IMG/VR virus record: IMGVR_UViG_3300045988_144119
Location: 1 to 64,000 of that record
Strand: one strand, 5' to 3'
Source: a virus
DNA: 64,000 bases
Shown: positions 35,601 to 44,757 of the stretch, one piece after another
Numbering within the stretch: position 1 is the first letter of the stretch
Layout: each line of letters begins with the position of its first letter
Notes under the pieces: model-generated
Databases searched by the model: none
Seen by the model: the letters and a program-made list of their open reading frames with translations, nothing else
What the model was told of the DNA's origin: nothing
Translations under genes and position numbers: made by a program

Positions 35601-38586
35601 CAAGCAGGAAATAGATAATATCCAGAATCAGGTTGACGGTGCGATAGAAACATGGTTTTACGACCCGGTGCCCACCCTTGAAAATATTCCCGCATCCGAT
35701 TGGGATACAGATGAGAAGAAGAACAATCATTTGGGAGACCTCTATTACAGCAAGGAGGGAAAAGCATACCGGTTCCAATATGAACAAGAAAAGGGATGGT
35801 ATTGGAATGCCATTACCGATACGGATATTGTCAAGGCTTTGGAAAACGCTCAAAAAGCACAGGATACCGCAGATGGGAAAAGACGCATCTTTGTGAGACA
35901 ACCGCAGAATTCGGACGCATACGACATAGGTGATATGTGGGTAAATGCGACCTATGGTAGCACTTACAAGGACGATATGCTCAGAGCGAATACTTCAAAA
36001 AAGGCAGGGGAAGCATTTAGTATCTCCCATTGGGAGCTTGCATCAAAATACACTGATGACACTTTGGCGCAAGAAGCAAAGAAAATAGCCGAAGAAACGA
36101 AGAAAGCGGCTGAAAAGCTGGATAGTACTGTAAGTTCAATGAAGGACTTTACCGATGAAGCATTCAATGATGGTATCGTAGACAGAGGTGAGGCGGCAGC
36201 CATTCAGAAGTATTTAAACACTATAGCCACAACCCAAAAGGATGTAACGGAGTCCTATAGCAAGATTATAGAGAACGAGCTTCTTGATGAAGGTGTGGTA
36301 AAAACAGAGCTGGAAACGGCATACCGGCTTTTCAACAATTCGGCACAAGAACTGATTAACACCATTAACGGTGTGATTCAGGACGGTAAGACCACAGCTA
36401 CCGAAGTGGCTATGGTGGATGGCAAGTATTCAGCGTTCAACTTGAAGTACGGTGACTTTATCGCCCATATCAATGCCGCAAACAATTATATACAGGAAAA
36501 GTTGAACGCTTCCATCAAGGAGATTTCAAAGAATATAGGTGATATATCTTACTTGACGAAAGCACTGAAGGAATATACCAATATTGAGGGTGGTCTTATT
36601 CAATCCTCATTGTTAGCTTTAGGATACACCTCGGAAAGCGGTTTCAAGATAATGAGCGGCACGAACGGTGTATACCAATCTGACAAGCGCGGTGGAGGTA
36701 TTGCTTCCTGGTGGGGAGGTTCCATGCTGGACAAATTCGACTATCCTGAAAACGGTGCTCCCGAAAATGCCGCCAAGGGGCTTGTGCGCTTTGACGGTAC
36801 GGGTTACTTTGCCAACGGTGCACTTTGGTGGAAAGAAGATGGTACACTCCATGCAGACCCGTTGTCATTCTTTGTCGGAGAGGAGACAGTAGGCGTGTTG
36901 TTGTCGGCATTTAAATTTCTCCGGTCCGCAGAGTTTAAGCATATACTTGAACCTCAATATCCGTTCACTCATATAAAAGCCATCAATTCTGTCCAAATCG
37001 GTAATGCCATGCTGAAATATGACGCGACCAATAATGCCGTATATGTAGAGAAGGATGATGGGTCTATGGTTAATTTCTACGCTACAGGCGAAGTATCCGC
37101 ATTCGGTTCGACAACCGGTGGTGGAAGTGGTGCAACCTCATTGGGCATGCTGGACGATGTAGACCTGGTTACTCCTCTATCGGAAGGACAGGTATTGACC
37201 TACGACTCGATTAAAAACAAGTGGACGAATAAAAAAGGCGGTGGCGGTTTGGATATAAACGCCATGTGGGATGAGCTTGCCAAGTCTGACACGTCCAAGA
37301 GAATCCATTTTTCCCACATACCGGACTTGGGCAGTGTATATGCCAAGCAGGTAAAGCTGGGCACAACTCCTTATAATGTATCCAATGGGGTGATATCTCT
37401 TCCTGCGTACCCGACCAGACTGTCCCAATTGGAGGACGATGTTATAACAGGAAAGTATCTGCCTTTGGCAGGCGGGACGATAACAGGCAACCTTGCGATA
37501 AACGGAACTACGACCACTAATAATATAGTCCTGAACAAAGCCGGGAATTTTGGTAACAAAATAAACTTCGGTGACGGTGATTACGTATACTTGAAGGAGG
37601 CGTCTGATGATTCCTTGACTATCTACGGAAGCAAAAAAATATCCCTTAATGGTTCGGGATTCGGTTACAGTTTCGGTTCTGATGGGCTGATTCCCACATC
37701 GGGAAGCAAGAGCCTTGGCGGTGGATGGAATAGCAATATGTGGAGTACTGTTTGGGCGAATAAGGTTGGGTGCACCATAATTGGCAGTGAACCTAATAAT
37801 GCTCACGATGGGGGTAGTCCTTGGAATGGTTTATCCTTCGCAGGGAATGACAATTTCGTGCACATGTCGGGATATTACGGGATCGCATTCTACACTTCGG
37901 CAGGGCGTGTAGCTCAGTTCCAGTCGGACGGTATTGTTAATATTACGAATCTCTATTGCTACAATAACATTCAATGCAGAGCATCATTCGCAAGCACGAT
38001 GACAGACCGTTGGCAATTGCAATGGCCGATATACTTCAATCCGGACAATGCCGTATTCAGGGCTAACCAATTATCCTTGATGATGCACGACTCCTGTAGA
38101 CCGATAATTAGCTGGAAGGATACACTGGACGGTGTTGGATGGCAGACAAGATACACCATCGGCACGTATCGACCTGATTACGACACATGGGGAACCATGC
38201 TGATAGCAGTGTCGAATGATGATGGAGGTAACAGCCCGGGGATTAGATTGGAGCTTGAAGCCTCTAATAACAGGGCGGTTGTCCAGGGTTCGTTCCTTGC
38301 AAGCGGTGAGATTACCGCTTATTCGGACGTCCGCTTAAAATCATGTATAAAACCGCTACGGAACAGAGGGTTCATCACCCCTGTCAGCTATATCAAGGAT
38401 GGAAAGGAAAGTATAGGGTTTATCGCACAGGATATGATAGAATTGTATCCTGAACTGGTGTCTAAAGGCAGCTCGAAAGAACACTACCTGTCCGTGAACT
38501 ATGCCCAATATACGGCAGTATTGCAGGCTCAGATAATTGAGCTGTACAAAGAGATTGATGATTTGAAACGTAAATTTATAAATTAA
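32683..38586 (+). CDS. Giant tail fibre/host-specificity protein (1967 aa) with a C-terminal S74 intramolecular chaperone domain
   Basis: The C-terminus YSDVRLKSCIKPL...IGFIAQDMIELYPELV...VNYAQYTAVLQAQIIELYKEIDDLKRK matches the Peptidase_S74 auto-cleaving chaperone pattern; its Ser codon is at 38323. Confidence 0.8.
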   Translation: MEKLSLYIYKLDTHGEKVKFPNETMSAKLGEYTYTAQRMAGTPTLTATLNYPSCLDEEWTGEEFVEFRGERYYVDQTPTSSKDNKSIMYKHELQFVSERIVLENVYFMDVVTTGTDTYHSNSTSVKFMGDINEFVGRLNASMAKSGIGYSVVIDDDITSDSKLVSLDNVYLAEALQSIYTIYELPYYFVGKVCHIGYTENVISTPFEYKKGLVSIKKTNANYKIVNRVTGVGSSDNIPFYYPNDDEKGTIERTQNLMPSIYRQTNGAERFYNALNDTYKIPGTNDYYSFKNTFSSKKVKEIKVDFSDIKPTIENVTNASGQLFGEIADIAFDANDSDELGTGEGNNIFNDTDEYVHSYFYIKLHIYNGDYGFNLFEQGLEGGTAVINMTTGNCAACEFEIGVTYKDNEPGRAFNPVLVDSSGNLPAGDFEQKVTSQPSQYVESQQNTSTNEVWIAVKKDNTTFGIVMPNATNNYKPSVGDKFVITGIKMPKSLVLAAEKRLDEALIKYMSENNDEKFTFYVNFSRVFLADNIQLAELLNENVRMYIKYNEHEYLMYVNSFTCKADKNCLYDISVELTDKLSANVSALRSTITEIAGDIIGNTLGGNSISTTDILAKVSRHFLSKTQDDRTPHKLSSDKAFEIGKFVSGSTGGIIMVDKETGQTYAEVDKLKVRMKAYFESLEIQNVNSVGGKIVLTPGGAVTLIDVWTKGTIEQTPILSMADGNPILLADGSELQLMDKETVDNGVPEGVYRCFFLAEQDGVEVENRFRAGFQVQSKNFNIQKPGEYQQVANHYYWRLCVGASKEPINVGIYKLHYIDLSMADCDTGSDIPAKGDTVAHLGARIKWKGIDNKDVTDESNIDAQNAIVFSSTDVFSPSVTLYHGIDSYSYLNKEYVEYGVDKTNNKAFFHVYGDTYVGDRDGKSYVKFTQGEGVEIKGKLSVGTTIGNGDTIEDALKKASEKYKEDLGPLKEYIKQEIDNIQNQVDGAIETWFYDPVPTLENIPASDWDTDEKKNNHLGDLYYSKEGKAYRFQYEQEKGWYWNAITDTDIVKALENAQKAQDTADGKRRIFVRQPQNSDAYDIGDMWVNATYGSTYKDDMLRANTSKKAGEAFSISHWELASKYTDDTLAQEAKKIAEETKKAAEKLDSTVSSMKDFTDEAFNDGIVDRGEAAAIQKYLNTIATTQKDVTESYSKIIENELLDEGVVKTELETAYRLFNNSAQELINTINGVIQDGKTTATEVAMVDGKYSAFNLKYGDFIAHINAANNYIQEKLNASIKEISKNIGDISYLTKALKEYTNIEGGLIQSSLLALGYTSESGFKIMSGTNGVYQSDKRGGGIASWWGGSMLDKFDYPENGAPENAAKGLVRFDGTGYFANGALWWKEDGTLHADPLSFFVGEETVGVLLSAFKFLRSAEFKHILEPQYPFTHIKAINSVQIGNAMLKYDATNNAVYVEKDDGSMVNFYATGEVSAFGSTTGGGSGATSLGMLDDVDLVTPLSEGQVLTYDSIKNKWTNKKGGGGLDINAMWDELAKSDTSKRIHFSHIPDLGSVYAKQVKLGTTPYNVSNGVISLPAYPTRLSQLEDDVITGKYLPLAGGTITGNLAINGTTTTNNIVLNKAGNFGNKINFGDGDYVYLKEASDDSLTIYGSKKISLNGSGFGYSFGSDGLIPTSGSKSLGGGWNSNMWSTVWANKVGCTIIGSEPNNAHDGGSPWNGLSFAGNDNFVHMSGYYGIAFYTSAGRVAQFQSDGIVNITNLYCYNNIQCRASFASTMTDRWQLQWPIYFNPDNAVFRANQLSLMMHDSCRPIISWKDTLDGVGWQTRYTIGTYRPDYDTWGTMLIAVSNDDGGNSPGIRLELEASNNRAVVQGSFLASGEITAYSDVRLKSCIKPLRNRGFITPVSYIKDGKESIGFIAQDMIELYPELVSKGSSKEHYLSVNYAQYTAVLQAQIIELYKEIDDLKRKFIN

Positions 38587-38591
38587 AAACT

Positions 38592-39068
38592 ATGGTTACA
38601 TTATTGATTGTTTCGATTATTCTGTTTGTATCCTATATCGGATATACAGTCGGGATGTATGGCATCCCTGCAAGTATCAGTGACACATACTATCGGCTTG
38701 GAAAGAGGGGTTGGCTGTTCACGCTCTTCTGTCTTGTCGAATCTTCCCTGCTGGTTGCATCGTTCATCGAAGCCAGCAAGGAAGAATATCAATTCCTGGC
38801 GTTCATCGCAAGTGCATCATTGGCGTTTGTCGGTTCTGCTCCCTTGTTCAAGGAGGACTATAACCGCAATATCCATTATGTAAGCGCGGGAATCTGCGCG
38901 CTTGCCTCTCTTGTATGGCAAGTGTTGATGAGTTTTTGGTATGTCCCTCTTATAACCTTCCTTGGCGGTGTAATCGTATTGGCATGCCTTAAGTTCAGGA
39001 AGCCTGTGTTTTGGATGGAGATGTGTGCCTTTATCTCGACTTATATAACCCTGTTACTACTCTATTGA
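38592..39068 (+). CDS. Integral membrane protein (158 aa, ~4-5 TM segments)
   Basis: Hydrophobic segments run throughout. It lies directly downstream of the giant fibre gene. Confidence 0.55.
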   Translation: MVTLLIVSIILFVSYIGYTVGMYGIPASISDTYYRLGKRGWLFTLFCLVESSLLVASFIEASKEEYQFLAFIASASLAFVGSAPLFKEDYNRNIHYVSAGICALASLVWQVLMSFWYVPLITFLGGVIVLACLKFRKPVFWMEMCAFISTYITLLLLY

Positions 39069-39069
39069 T

Positions 39070-40188
39070 ATGGCTAACTCGAATAACGTAATTACGTCTC
39101 CTGTCAATCTGAGGAGTGACGTTGCTTCCGTTCTTGGGACGTCTGCAACGAATGTGAGCGGGTTGTGCACGAGCCATGAGATTAATATGTGGTCAAGATG
39201 TAAGCCTGTCCATATTGCCTCTGCTGCTCCTGACAGGAGCATGCCATCTGACGGTGAAGGGGCTTGGTGGAAAGGCTCGATGAAGAATTGCGGCATTAAG
39301 CCGCCCCCTGTAGCGTCTTATGAGGAAATCCCCAAGCTGTATACGGAAGACAAGATGAACGGATATACCTATGAGAGACCTTGGGGCGGAAGTGGGAGTC
39401 CGTACAGGTTGGCGGATTTTCTGTTGTACAAGCATAATGCATGGGCACCCATATTCGCATTTCAGTGCGATTCCAAAGTATCCCAATCCGGAACTATATC
39501 ATGTTCGGTTGGAATCAACATTACCGATGTGGATAAGTCAGGACCCGGCTCTATAACGTTGTCCGATATAGATTTCGGAACTAACCTTGAAACATGGTGG
39601 TTTGGGGCGATGTTGGTTGACTCGTCCAACAGAATCGTAAGGAAACTGGCGAACGTGAAACCGGGTGTGTCATTGGAAATGCCTGCCAGGGGTCTGACGC
39701 TAGGTCAATATTATGATGTATATCCGTTTCTCTGCATGAATAAGATTAATAGTATCTATGACCCTGATTCGGTCAACTTATTCTTGCCGGTGATGAACTG
39801 TTCCCCCGGCAGGGTTAAGTATGTATCGGAAGAAGAAGCGGGTGGTTTGGTAATCAATCTGAATGCAGAGTATGTGACGCATCCAATGACAGGTCTGAAT
39901 ACGGCTGTCAAGTGGGAACTCAAGTTAAAGGCTACCAATGGCAATATGACTCTCCGCAACAATTGGATTAGTCTGCGATTCATAACGAGTGACGTGACCG
40001 ACCCGTTCCAGGCAGGTGAGCAGCAAAAATCTTTAGGAGACAAGGATTTGACTCTGGACAATCCGGTTGTGATATCGGGTCAATTTGATTTGATGAATTT
40101 CTTGCAAGAGTACTATGTATATGTTACGCTATCCAGCGGAAAGTACACGAAGAAGGCTTATCCTTTGGCTTTGAACCCTAACCCATAA
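39070..40188 (+). CDS. Hypothetical (probably structural) protein (372 aa)
   Basis: ORF packed in the fibre/baseplate region. Confidence 0.6.
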   Translation: MANSNNVITSPVNLRSDVASVLGTSATNVSGLCTSHEINMWSRCKPVHIASAAPDRSMPSDGEGAWWKGSMKNCGIKPPPVASYEEIPKLYTEDKMNGYTYERPWGGSGSPYRLADFLLYKHNAWAPIFAFQCDSKVSQSGTISCSVGINITDVDKSGPGSITLSDIDFGTNLETWWFGAMLVDSSNRIVRKLANVKPGVSLEMPARGLTLGQYYDVYPFLCMNKINSIYDPDSVNLFLPVMNCSPGRVKYVSEEEAGGLVINLNAEYVTHPMTGLNTAVKWELKLKATNGNMTLRNNWISLRFITSDVTDPFQAGEQQKSLGDKDLTLDNPVVISGQFDLMNFLQEYYVYVTLSSGKYTKKAYPLALNPNP

Positions 40189-40214
40189 TATACTAATCAT
40201 TAAATTATACAGAT

Positions 40215-40454
40215 ATGGAACTGATAAGAAAAAAAGAAAGTATTACAAGGCTTTATGAAAACGGTGAAGCTTCAAACAATATAACCAATGATATCCAATA
40301 TATCGTATTGGATGGAGATGCTTATGTTGGCACAGCCTCTATCATGCCCACAGGGTTTACCATGACAGTAGGCATGAAAGCTCCCATCGAAGATATAGAG
40401 AGTATGCTTAGAAGCATATTGTCTTCCATTCCCAAGGAAGGAGGTGCAAAATGA
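40215..40454 (+). CDS. Hypothetical protein (79 aa)
   Basis: ORF in the operon. Its stop overlaps the next start. Confidence 0.5.
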   Translation: MELIRKKESITRLYENGEASNNITNDIQYIVLDGDAYVGTASIMPTGFTMTVGMKAPIEDIESMLRSILSSIPKEGGAK

Positions 40455-40984
40455 AAATCAACGAAATCATCAGAAAAATGAGTTTTTTGCAGCTCGTGCC
40501 TCTGAAATCGGATGAGGGTGCGCCGCTTGCCAATAAAACAAAAGTGAAGATTATCTTGAATCTCGTAGCCTACGAAAGGGCAATGGAGAGCTTTAACGAG
40601 GATATGCGCGGTATCTATGCCAAGCTGAAACCCGAAGGCTATGACGCGCAAGCCTTTCCACGAGTGAATGAATTGGAGAAGAAAGAAAACATAAGTAACG
40701 CAGAAAAACAAGAGCTTGAGTCGATTAAGCAGAGTGAGGAATACCTCTCTTATGTTGATATGAAAAAAACACTGATGCGCGAGTTTGAAGAGGCAAGAGA
40801 ATGCGCTTCGGCAGACAATGACTATACAGTCAGCGAAAGGGCACTCACAGAGGATGATTTGGTTTCCATTGCGGAAGTTATCCCTTCGGATAAGGAGTTT
40901 GCAATCGGCAGGAATGAAGACGGGGAAATCAAGGTTAATGGCATCACCGTATTGGCGGAGATTGGCAGAATGTTTATAGTGTAA
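40451..40984 (+). CDS. Hypothetical protein (177 aa)
   Basis: ORF in the operon. Confidence 0.55.
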   Translation: MKINEIIRKMSFLQLVPLKSDEGAPLANKTKVKIILNLVAYERAMESFNEDMRGIYAKLKPEGYDAQAFPRVNELEKKENISNAEKQELESIKQSEEYLSYVDMKKTLMREFEEARECASADNDYTVSERALTEDDLVSIAEVIPSDKEFAIGRNEDGEIKVNGITVLAEIGRMFIV

Positions 40985-40995
40985 AACAAATAATT

Positions 40996-41211
40996 ATGGC
41001 AGGAAAAACGATTAACGAGCTTGACGCACGGACAACACTGAACGGTAAGGAGAACATACCCTTTCAGGAAGGGAATACAAACAAAAGATTATCTACCGAT
41101 GCGTTGAAAAGATACGTGGCACCTGATTTAACACCTTATCAGAAAACCGTAGACGCTGATAAGAAGTATCTGTCTGCCGTGGAAATTGACGATGTGACAT
41201 CAATATTATAG
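40996..41211 (+). CDS. Hypothetical protein (71 aa) with a fibre-like N-terminus
   Basis: MAGKTINELDARTTLNGKENIPFQ... resembles the N-terminal anchor peptides of phage fibre proteins. Confidence 0.45.
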   Translation: MAGKTINELDARTTLNGKENIPFQEGNTNKRLSTDALKRYVAPDLTPYQKTVDADKKYLSAVEIDDVTSIL

Positions 41212-41213
41212 TT

Positions 41214-41729
41214 ATGAGAATAAATTATCAGTCCGATTTTAAAATCATAGAGAAAAACCTGAATGGAGACCTGAAAACTCCTTTCCGGTTTACTTATCAG
41301 ACAGCATTGTCGAAACCCGTCGTAGCCTCTTTCGACGGACACGATTACAAGAACTGTCGCAGGCTGGATGATGGCAGCCTGCTGGTTGTGTTTGATAATC
41401 ATGGCATGCGTACGGGCAACCTGACGGTCAGACGCGAGTATTACCTTACTGATGCTGATTTTGCTGATGGTATCTGTAACCTTGTATCCATGGAGTTTAC
41501 AGGCATCGTTCTTGTCAATGGCAAGTCTGATGACAGTACAGGTACAATTGACGTTTATCCAAACTACCAGAAAGGCGATAAGGGAGACCCGATGACATGG
41601 GAATCCATGACAGAGGAGCAGCGTACCGAATTAAAGGACTCTGTGGTAAAGGATGTGCAGAATGAGATGCTTTCTTCCTCTCCTATTTCCGATAAGGAAT
41701 ACGAAGATGTATTGAGTGGTTCCCTTTAA
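41214..41729 (+). CDS. Hypothetical structural protein (171 aa)
   Basis: The ORF starts 3 nt after the previous stop. Confidence 0.55.
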   Translation: MRINYQSDFKIIEKNLNGDLKTPFRFTYQTALSKPVVASFDGHDYKNCRRLDDGSLLVVFDNHGMRTGNLTVRREYYLTDADFADGICNLVSMEFTGIVLVNGKSDDSTGTIDVYPNYQKGDKGDPMTWESMTEEQRTELKDSVVKDVQNEMLSSSPISDKEYEDVLSGSL

Positions 41730-41775
41730 TCGGGAACCGATAAAGAATAAATTTACGAATTAAAATAAGAATTAT

Positions 41776-44073
41776 ATGGCTAAAATTCATAAACTTACCA
41801 AAAAGGGTCAGACTATTTACCCTGCTACAACCACTGATGCGGTGGTACATCCAACTAGTCGTAAAAACCTTACGGAAGAACTTTCCAAATTAGAAAATTA
41901 TAATGGGCTGGATTCCCCTCACTGGGGAGTTGCTGTTCAAGAAGAATTCAGTAAAGTTGGAATATTTCTCCTAAATGGAGAATTTAGCGGCAATAATCAT
42001 TATAAAACAAAATTATATTCTCTTAAATCATTTAAAAAAGGAGTTGCTTCTATTCAAGAATATGGAAGTGGCTACTACTCTATTGGTATTTCAGATTCTA
42101 ATTTTAAAATGATTAAGCCTATAATGAGGGTTAATTCTATGGATCCTAAAAACGTTCTATATAGTTTTATCTCTAATGATTCGGAATATTATCTTTTTGC
42201 AACAAGTCGTATAAATACTGGAGGAAAAGAACCGGAGTTATATACTGAATCTTCAGGTGTAAATAAAATACAAGAAATAACAAAATCAATTGAATTAATT
42301 AAGTCATTAAATTCAAGTTTAATAGTTTCTAAAGAGACAAAACTAAGTTCAAAAAAATCTCTTGATGGATATTTTACAATGGATAATAAATTTCTAACCG
42401 GACAATATACGACAGAGTTTTATCCATTAGAAGATTGTAATTATATTCTAAAAGGCATAGATTATGGTACAGCATTGATAACGTATGGGTATTCTAGAAC
42501 AATGAGTTCTTCTGTAGAAGATATATTACTAAAATTCCCAATGAATTCTCCAACGCAAGAACCTATAACATTTAGATTGAATAAAGATGATCATCCTAAG
42601 GATGCAAAATTTATTTTTGTAACAAAAAGAAAGAATTATGAAAAAGATCTTTTTAGGGTATCAGATACCTACATAAGCGATATGTTATTTGAAGCTGATT
42701 TTACTAAAATGACAGAATCTATATCCTATGCTGGGTATATTCTCCATGAAGAGTGGCTCGAAAATAACTCTTATACAACTTTTTATTACCCATTAGACAA
42801 GTCTTTAGATTATAAAATTATAGGTGAAGAATATGGTTCTGGTATTCCGAGCTATGGTTTTGCAACAAATACTAATAAAGAAAAAGATAGTATAATTAAA
42901 TTTATTAATATGAATGCCGGCTCTGGAGTTGTACCTTTCGATGTTGTAATAAAGAAAGAAGATATTCCTTTAGAAGCCAATTATATTTTTGTGGTTTCAA
43001 GAAATAGTAATCCCAAATATCTGTATGAAGGACTGAAAAAATTTATTCCCGAATTAAATAAAGAAAAAATAAATTTATTAGAAGCCCTCCTCCCCTCCGG
43101 TACTTATAGAGCAAGAGTTATTGAATATACAGATAAGGTTGTTGGAAAAGAATATACTGACAACAATGTTAATAGAACTTTTAATCTGTTACAGGTTATA
43201 AGGAAGTATAATACTACGCATGATATAATGGTATGTCTTGGGTTGAATGGCCCTAATGGAATGTTTGGTATTCGTGGATGGAGATTACTTTCCAATCAAA
43301 ACAGAACATTATCAAAATTTCCACAAGATACGTCATTTACAGAAATGAGTGAGACTATAGGGCCATGGAAAATAAAATCTGTAAGCAATGCAGTAGGAGA
43401 TAGCGGTCAAGACTTTGTAGGAGGATTTCATGCTTTAATTAATCCCGATACAGATAGTAATTATCCATCCGCAAAAAATTTAGGATACATTTTTTATGCT
43501 GATAACAAGGAATTATCTGTGGGAGAAGAAGTTTTTTGTAATAGTATAACAGCAATTTCTTCTGTTAATATATGCTCAAGCAACACTTTTGACAAACAAA
43601 CAAATACGGCAAGAGAAGTTCTTAATTATCAAGATACTTATCAAATGCAAGGAGATAAAATATATGTATTTGCCAAATTTAAAGCACTAGAAGATATTAC
43701 CATAAATTTACATTATGGGCTTCAAACTGCTGTGTTTAATCCTATTATTGGCTATTTGACTGATAATGGAATTATTGAAACAAATACAAGCATAGATTAT
43801 GATAAAAAAGAAATTACACAAATACCTTATTTAGTTTATGCTAAAAAAAACGATGGAAACACTTTGTACTGCAAGATGTATGATCAAGGTGCTATGACTG
43901 GGAATAGAGCGAACGGTGTTAAAGCTTTCCAAATGAGTTATGGTGCAGGAAATACTAAAACTTATCACTATGTATATGGAAATGGTAAAATAGGAAACCT
44001 GAAAAAAGGTGATTCAAATTACTATACTGGATGGTTTTGTATTTCTGATAAAGATTTTGCAATTGTAGACTAA
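41776..44073 (+). CDS. Putative receptor-binding/tail fibre protein (765 aa) with a low-GC distal part
   Basis: The N-terminus MAKIHKLTKKGQTIYPATTTDAVVHP is fibre-like. From about 41900 onward the gene is markedly more AT-rich than its neighbours. Confidence 0.5.
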   Translation: MAKIHKLTKKGQTIYPATTTDAVVHPTSRKNLTEELSKLENYNGLDSPHWGVAVQEEFSKVGIFLLNGEFSGNNHYKTKLYSLKSFKKGVASIQEYGSGYYSIGISDSNFKMIKPIMRVNSMDPKNVLYSFISNDSEYYLFATSRINTGGKEPELYTESSGVNKIQEITKSIELIKSLNSSLIVSKETKLSSKKSLDGYFTMDNKFLTGQYTTEFYPLEDCNYILKGIDYGTALITYGYSRTMSSSVEDILLKFPMNSPTQEPITFRLNKDDHPKDAKFIFVTKRKNYEKDLFRVSDTYISDMLFEADFTKMTESISYAGYILHEEWLENNSYTTFYYPLDKSLDYKIIGEEYGSGIPSYGFATNTNKEKDSIIKFINMNAGSGVVPFDVVIKKEDIPLEANYIFVVSRNSNPKYLYEGLKKFIPELNKEKINLLEALLPSGTYRARVIEYTDKVVGKEYTDNNVNRTFNLLQVIRKYNTTHDIMVCLGLNGPNGMFGIRGWRLLSNQNRTLSKFPQDTSFTEMSETIGPWKIKSVSNAVGDSGQDFVGGFHALINPDTDSNYPSAKNLGYIFYADNKELSVGEEVFCNSITAISSVNICSSNTFDKQTNTAREVLNYQDTYQMQGDKIYVFAKFKALEDITINLHYGLQTAVFNPIIGYLTDNGIIETNTSIDYDKKEITQIPYLVYAKKNDGNTLYCKMYDQGAMTGNRANGVKAFQMSYGAGNTKTYHYVYGNGKIGNLKKGDSNYYTGWFCISDKDFAIVD

Positions 44074-44086
44074 ACTTGTAAAAACT

Positions 44087-44113
44087 CCCTGCATGCCTTC
44101 GCAGGCAGCAGGG
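44087..44113. terminator. Hairpin after the 765-aa gene
   Basis: CCCTGC-A-TGCC / GGCA-GCAGGG stem. A-tracts lie on both sides and there is no T-tract on the + strand, so terminator function is uncertain. Confidence 0.3.
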
Positions 44114-44196
44114 AAAAAACTTATGCAAACCTCGCCAGGTCTGTTGGGTTATGAAAAACACATGCAAATATAGTATTAATCTTAAAAACAGACAAA

Positions 44197-44643
44197 ATGA
44201 AAGATGTTATTTACAATTTTATCCAGCAGCACATGATGACACACATCGTGCTGATTGCCTTATGTATCGCTGTCACTATTGGGGCTATGTTTATAGACCT
44301 GTTGACAGGAGTTATGAAAGCCAAACAGCGCGGCGAGGCAAGGACATCGACAGGTTACAAGAAAACGGCTGTCAAGGCAAAGAAGTACTTCACGCCATTC
44401 TTAGAATTGTGTTTCATAGACTTACTTTGCTGTGTCGTTATCCCTTTCCCTGTCTTCTCCATGATTTGGACGGTCTATTGTATATTCTGCGAATTTATAT
44501 CGGTAAGGGAAAAATCATGGGAAAAGGCGGAATTGAGGAAAGCAGAGAAAACGATGAGTGTGATAATTGAAAACAAGGAAGATATCGCAAAATTGGCTGC
44601 ACAGATATTATTTGAATCCAAGAAGGAGGAAAAGAAGGAATAA
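44197..44643 (+). CDS. Holin (Phage_holin_4-like)
   Basis: Hydrophobic N-terminal TM segment, then the motif FIDLLTGVMKAKQRGEARTSTGYKKTAVK and a second TM segment. It lies immediately upstream of the lysin candidate. Confidence 0.65.
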   Translation: MKDVIYNFIQQHMMTHIVLIALCIAVTIGAMFIDLLTGVMKAKQRGEARTSTGYKKTAVKAKKYFTPFLELCFIDLLCCVVIPFPVFSMIWTVYCIFCEFISVREKSWEKAELRKAEKTMSVIIENKEDIAKLAAQILFESKKEEKKE

Positions 44644-44757
44644 AAAAGCCGGTATCGCTATACCGGCATAGTTATCGCCATATCTTTTATGAAAAGCAGT
44701 ATAATTAAATACTGTCGCAAACATACATAAATTATTTAAATATAAAAAATATATAAT

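Noticed and set aside
35122-35901. A 259-aa minus-strand ORF, plus the 209-aa ORF at 37177-37806, inside the giant fibre gene.
   Set aside because: They are shadow ORFs antisense to a continuous 1967-aa ORF that has clear domain signatures.
32683-44073. A diversity-generating retroelement targeting the fibre genes, which is common in Bacteroides phages.
   Set aside because: No reverse-transcriptase-like ORF exists anywhere in the window, and I saw no template/variable repeat pair. A computational repeat search would still be needed to exclude short TR/VR pairs.
44151-44570. A 139-aa plus-strand ORF overlapping the holin gene in another frame.
   Set aside because: The holin frame has TM segments and the family motif, whereas this frame gives an Arg/Cys/His-rich implausible protein.
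44648-44667. The hairpin GCCGGTAT-CGCT-ATACCGGC after the holin gene as a + strand intrinsic terminator.
   Set aside because: It is preceded by an A6 tract but is not followed by a T-tract on the + strand. The orientation would suit minus-strand termination, yet no minus-strand gene is nearby. It is left unassigned.
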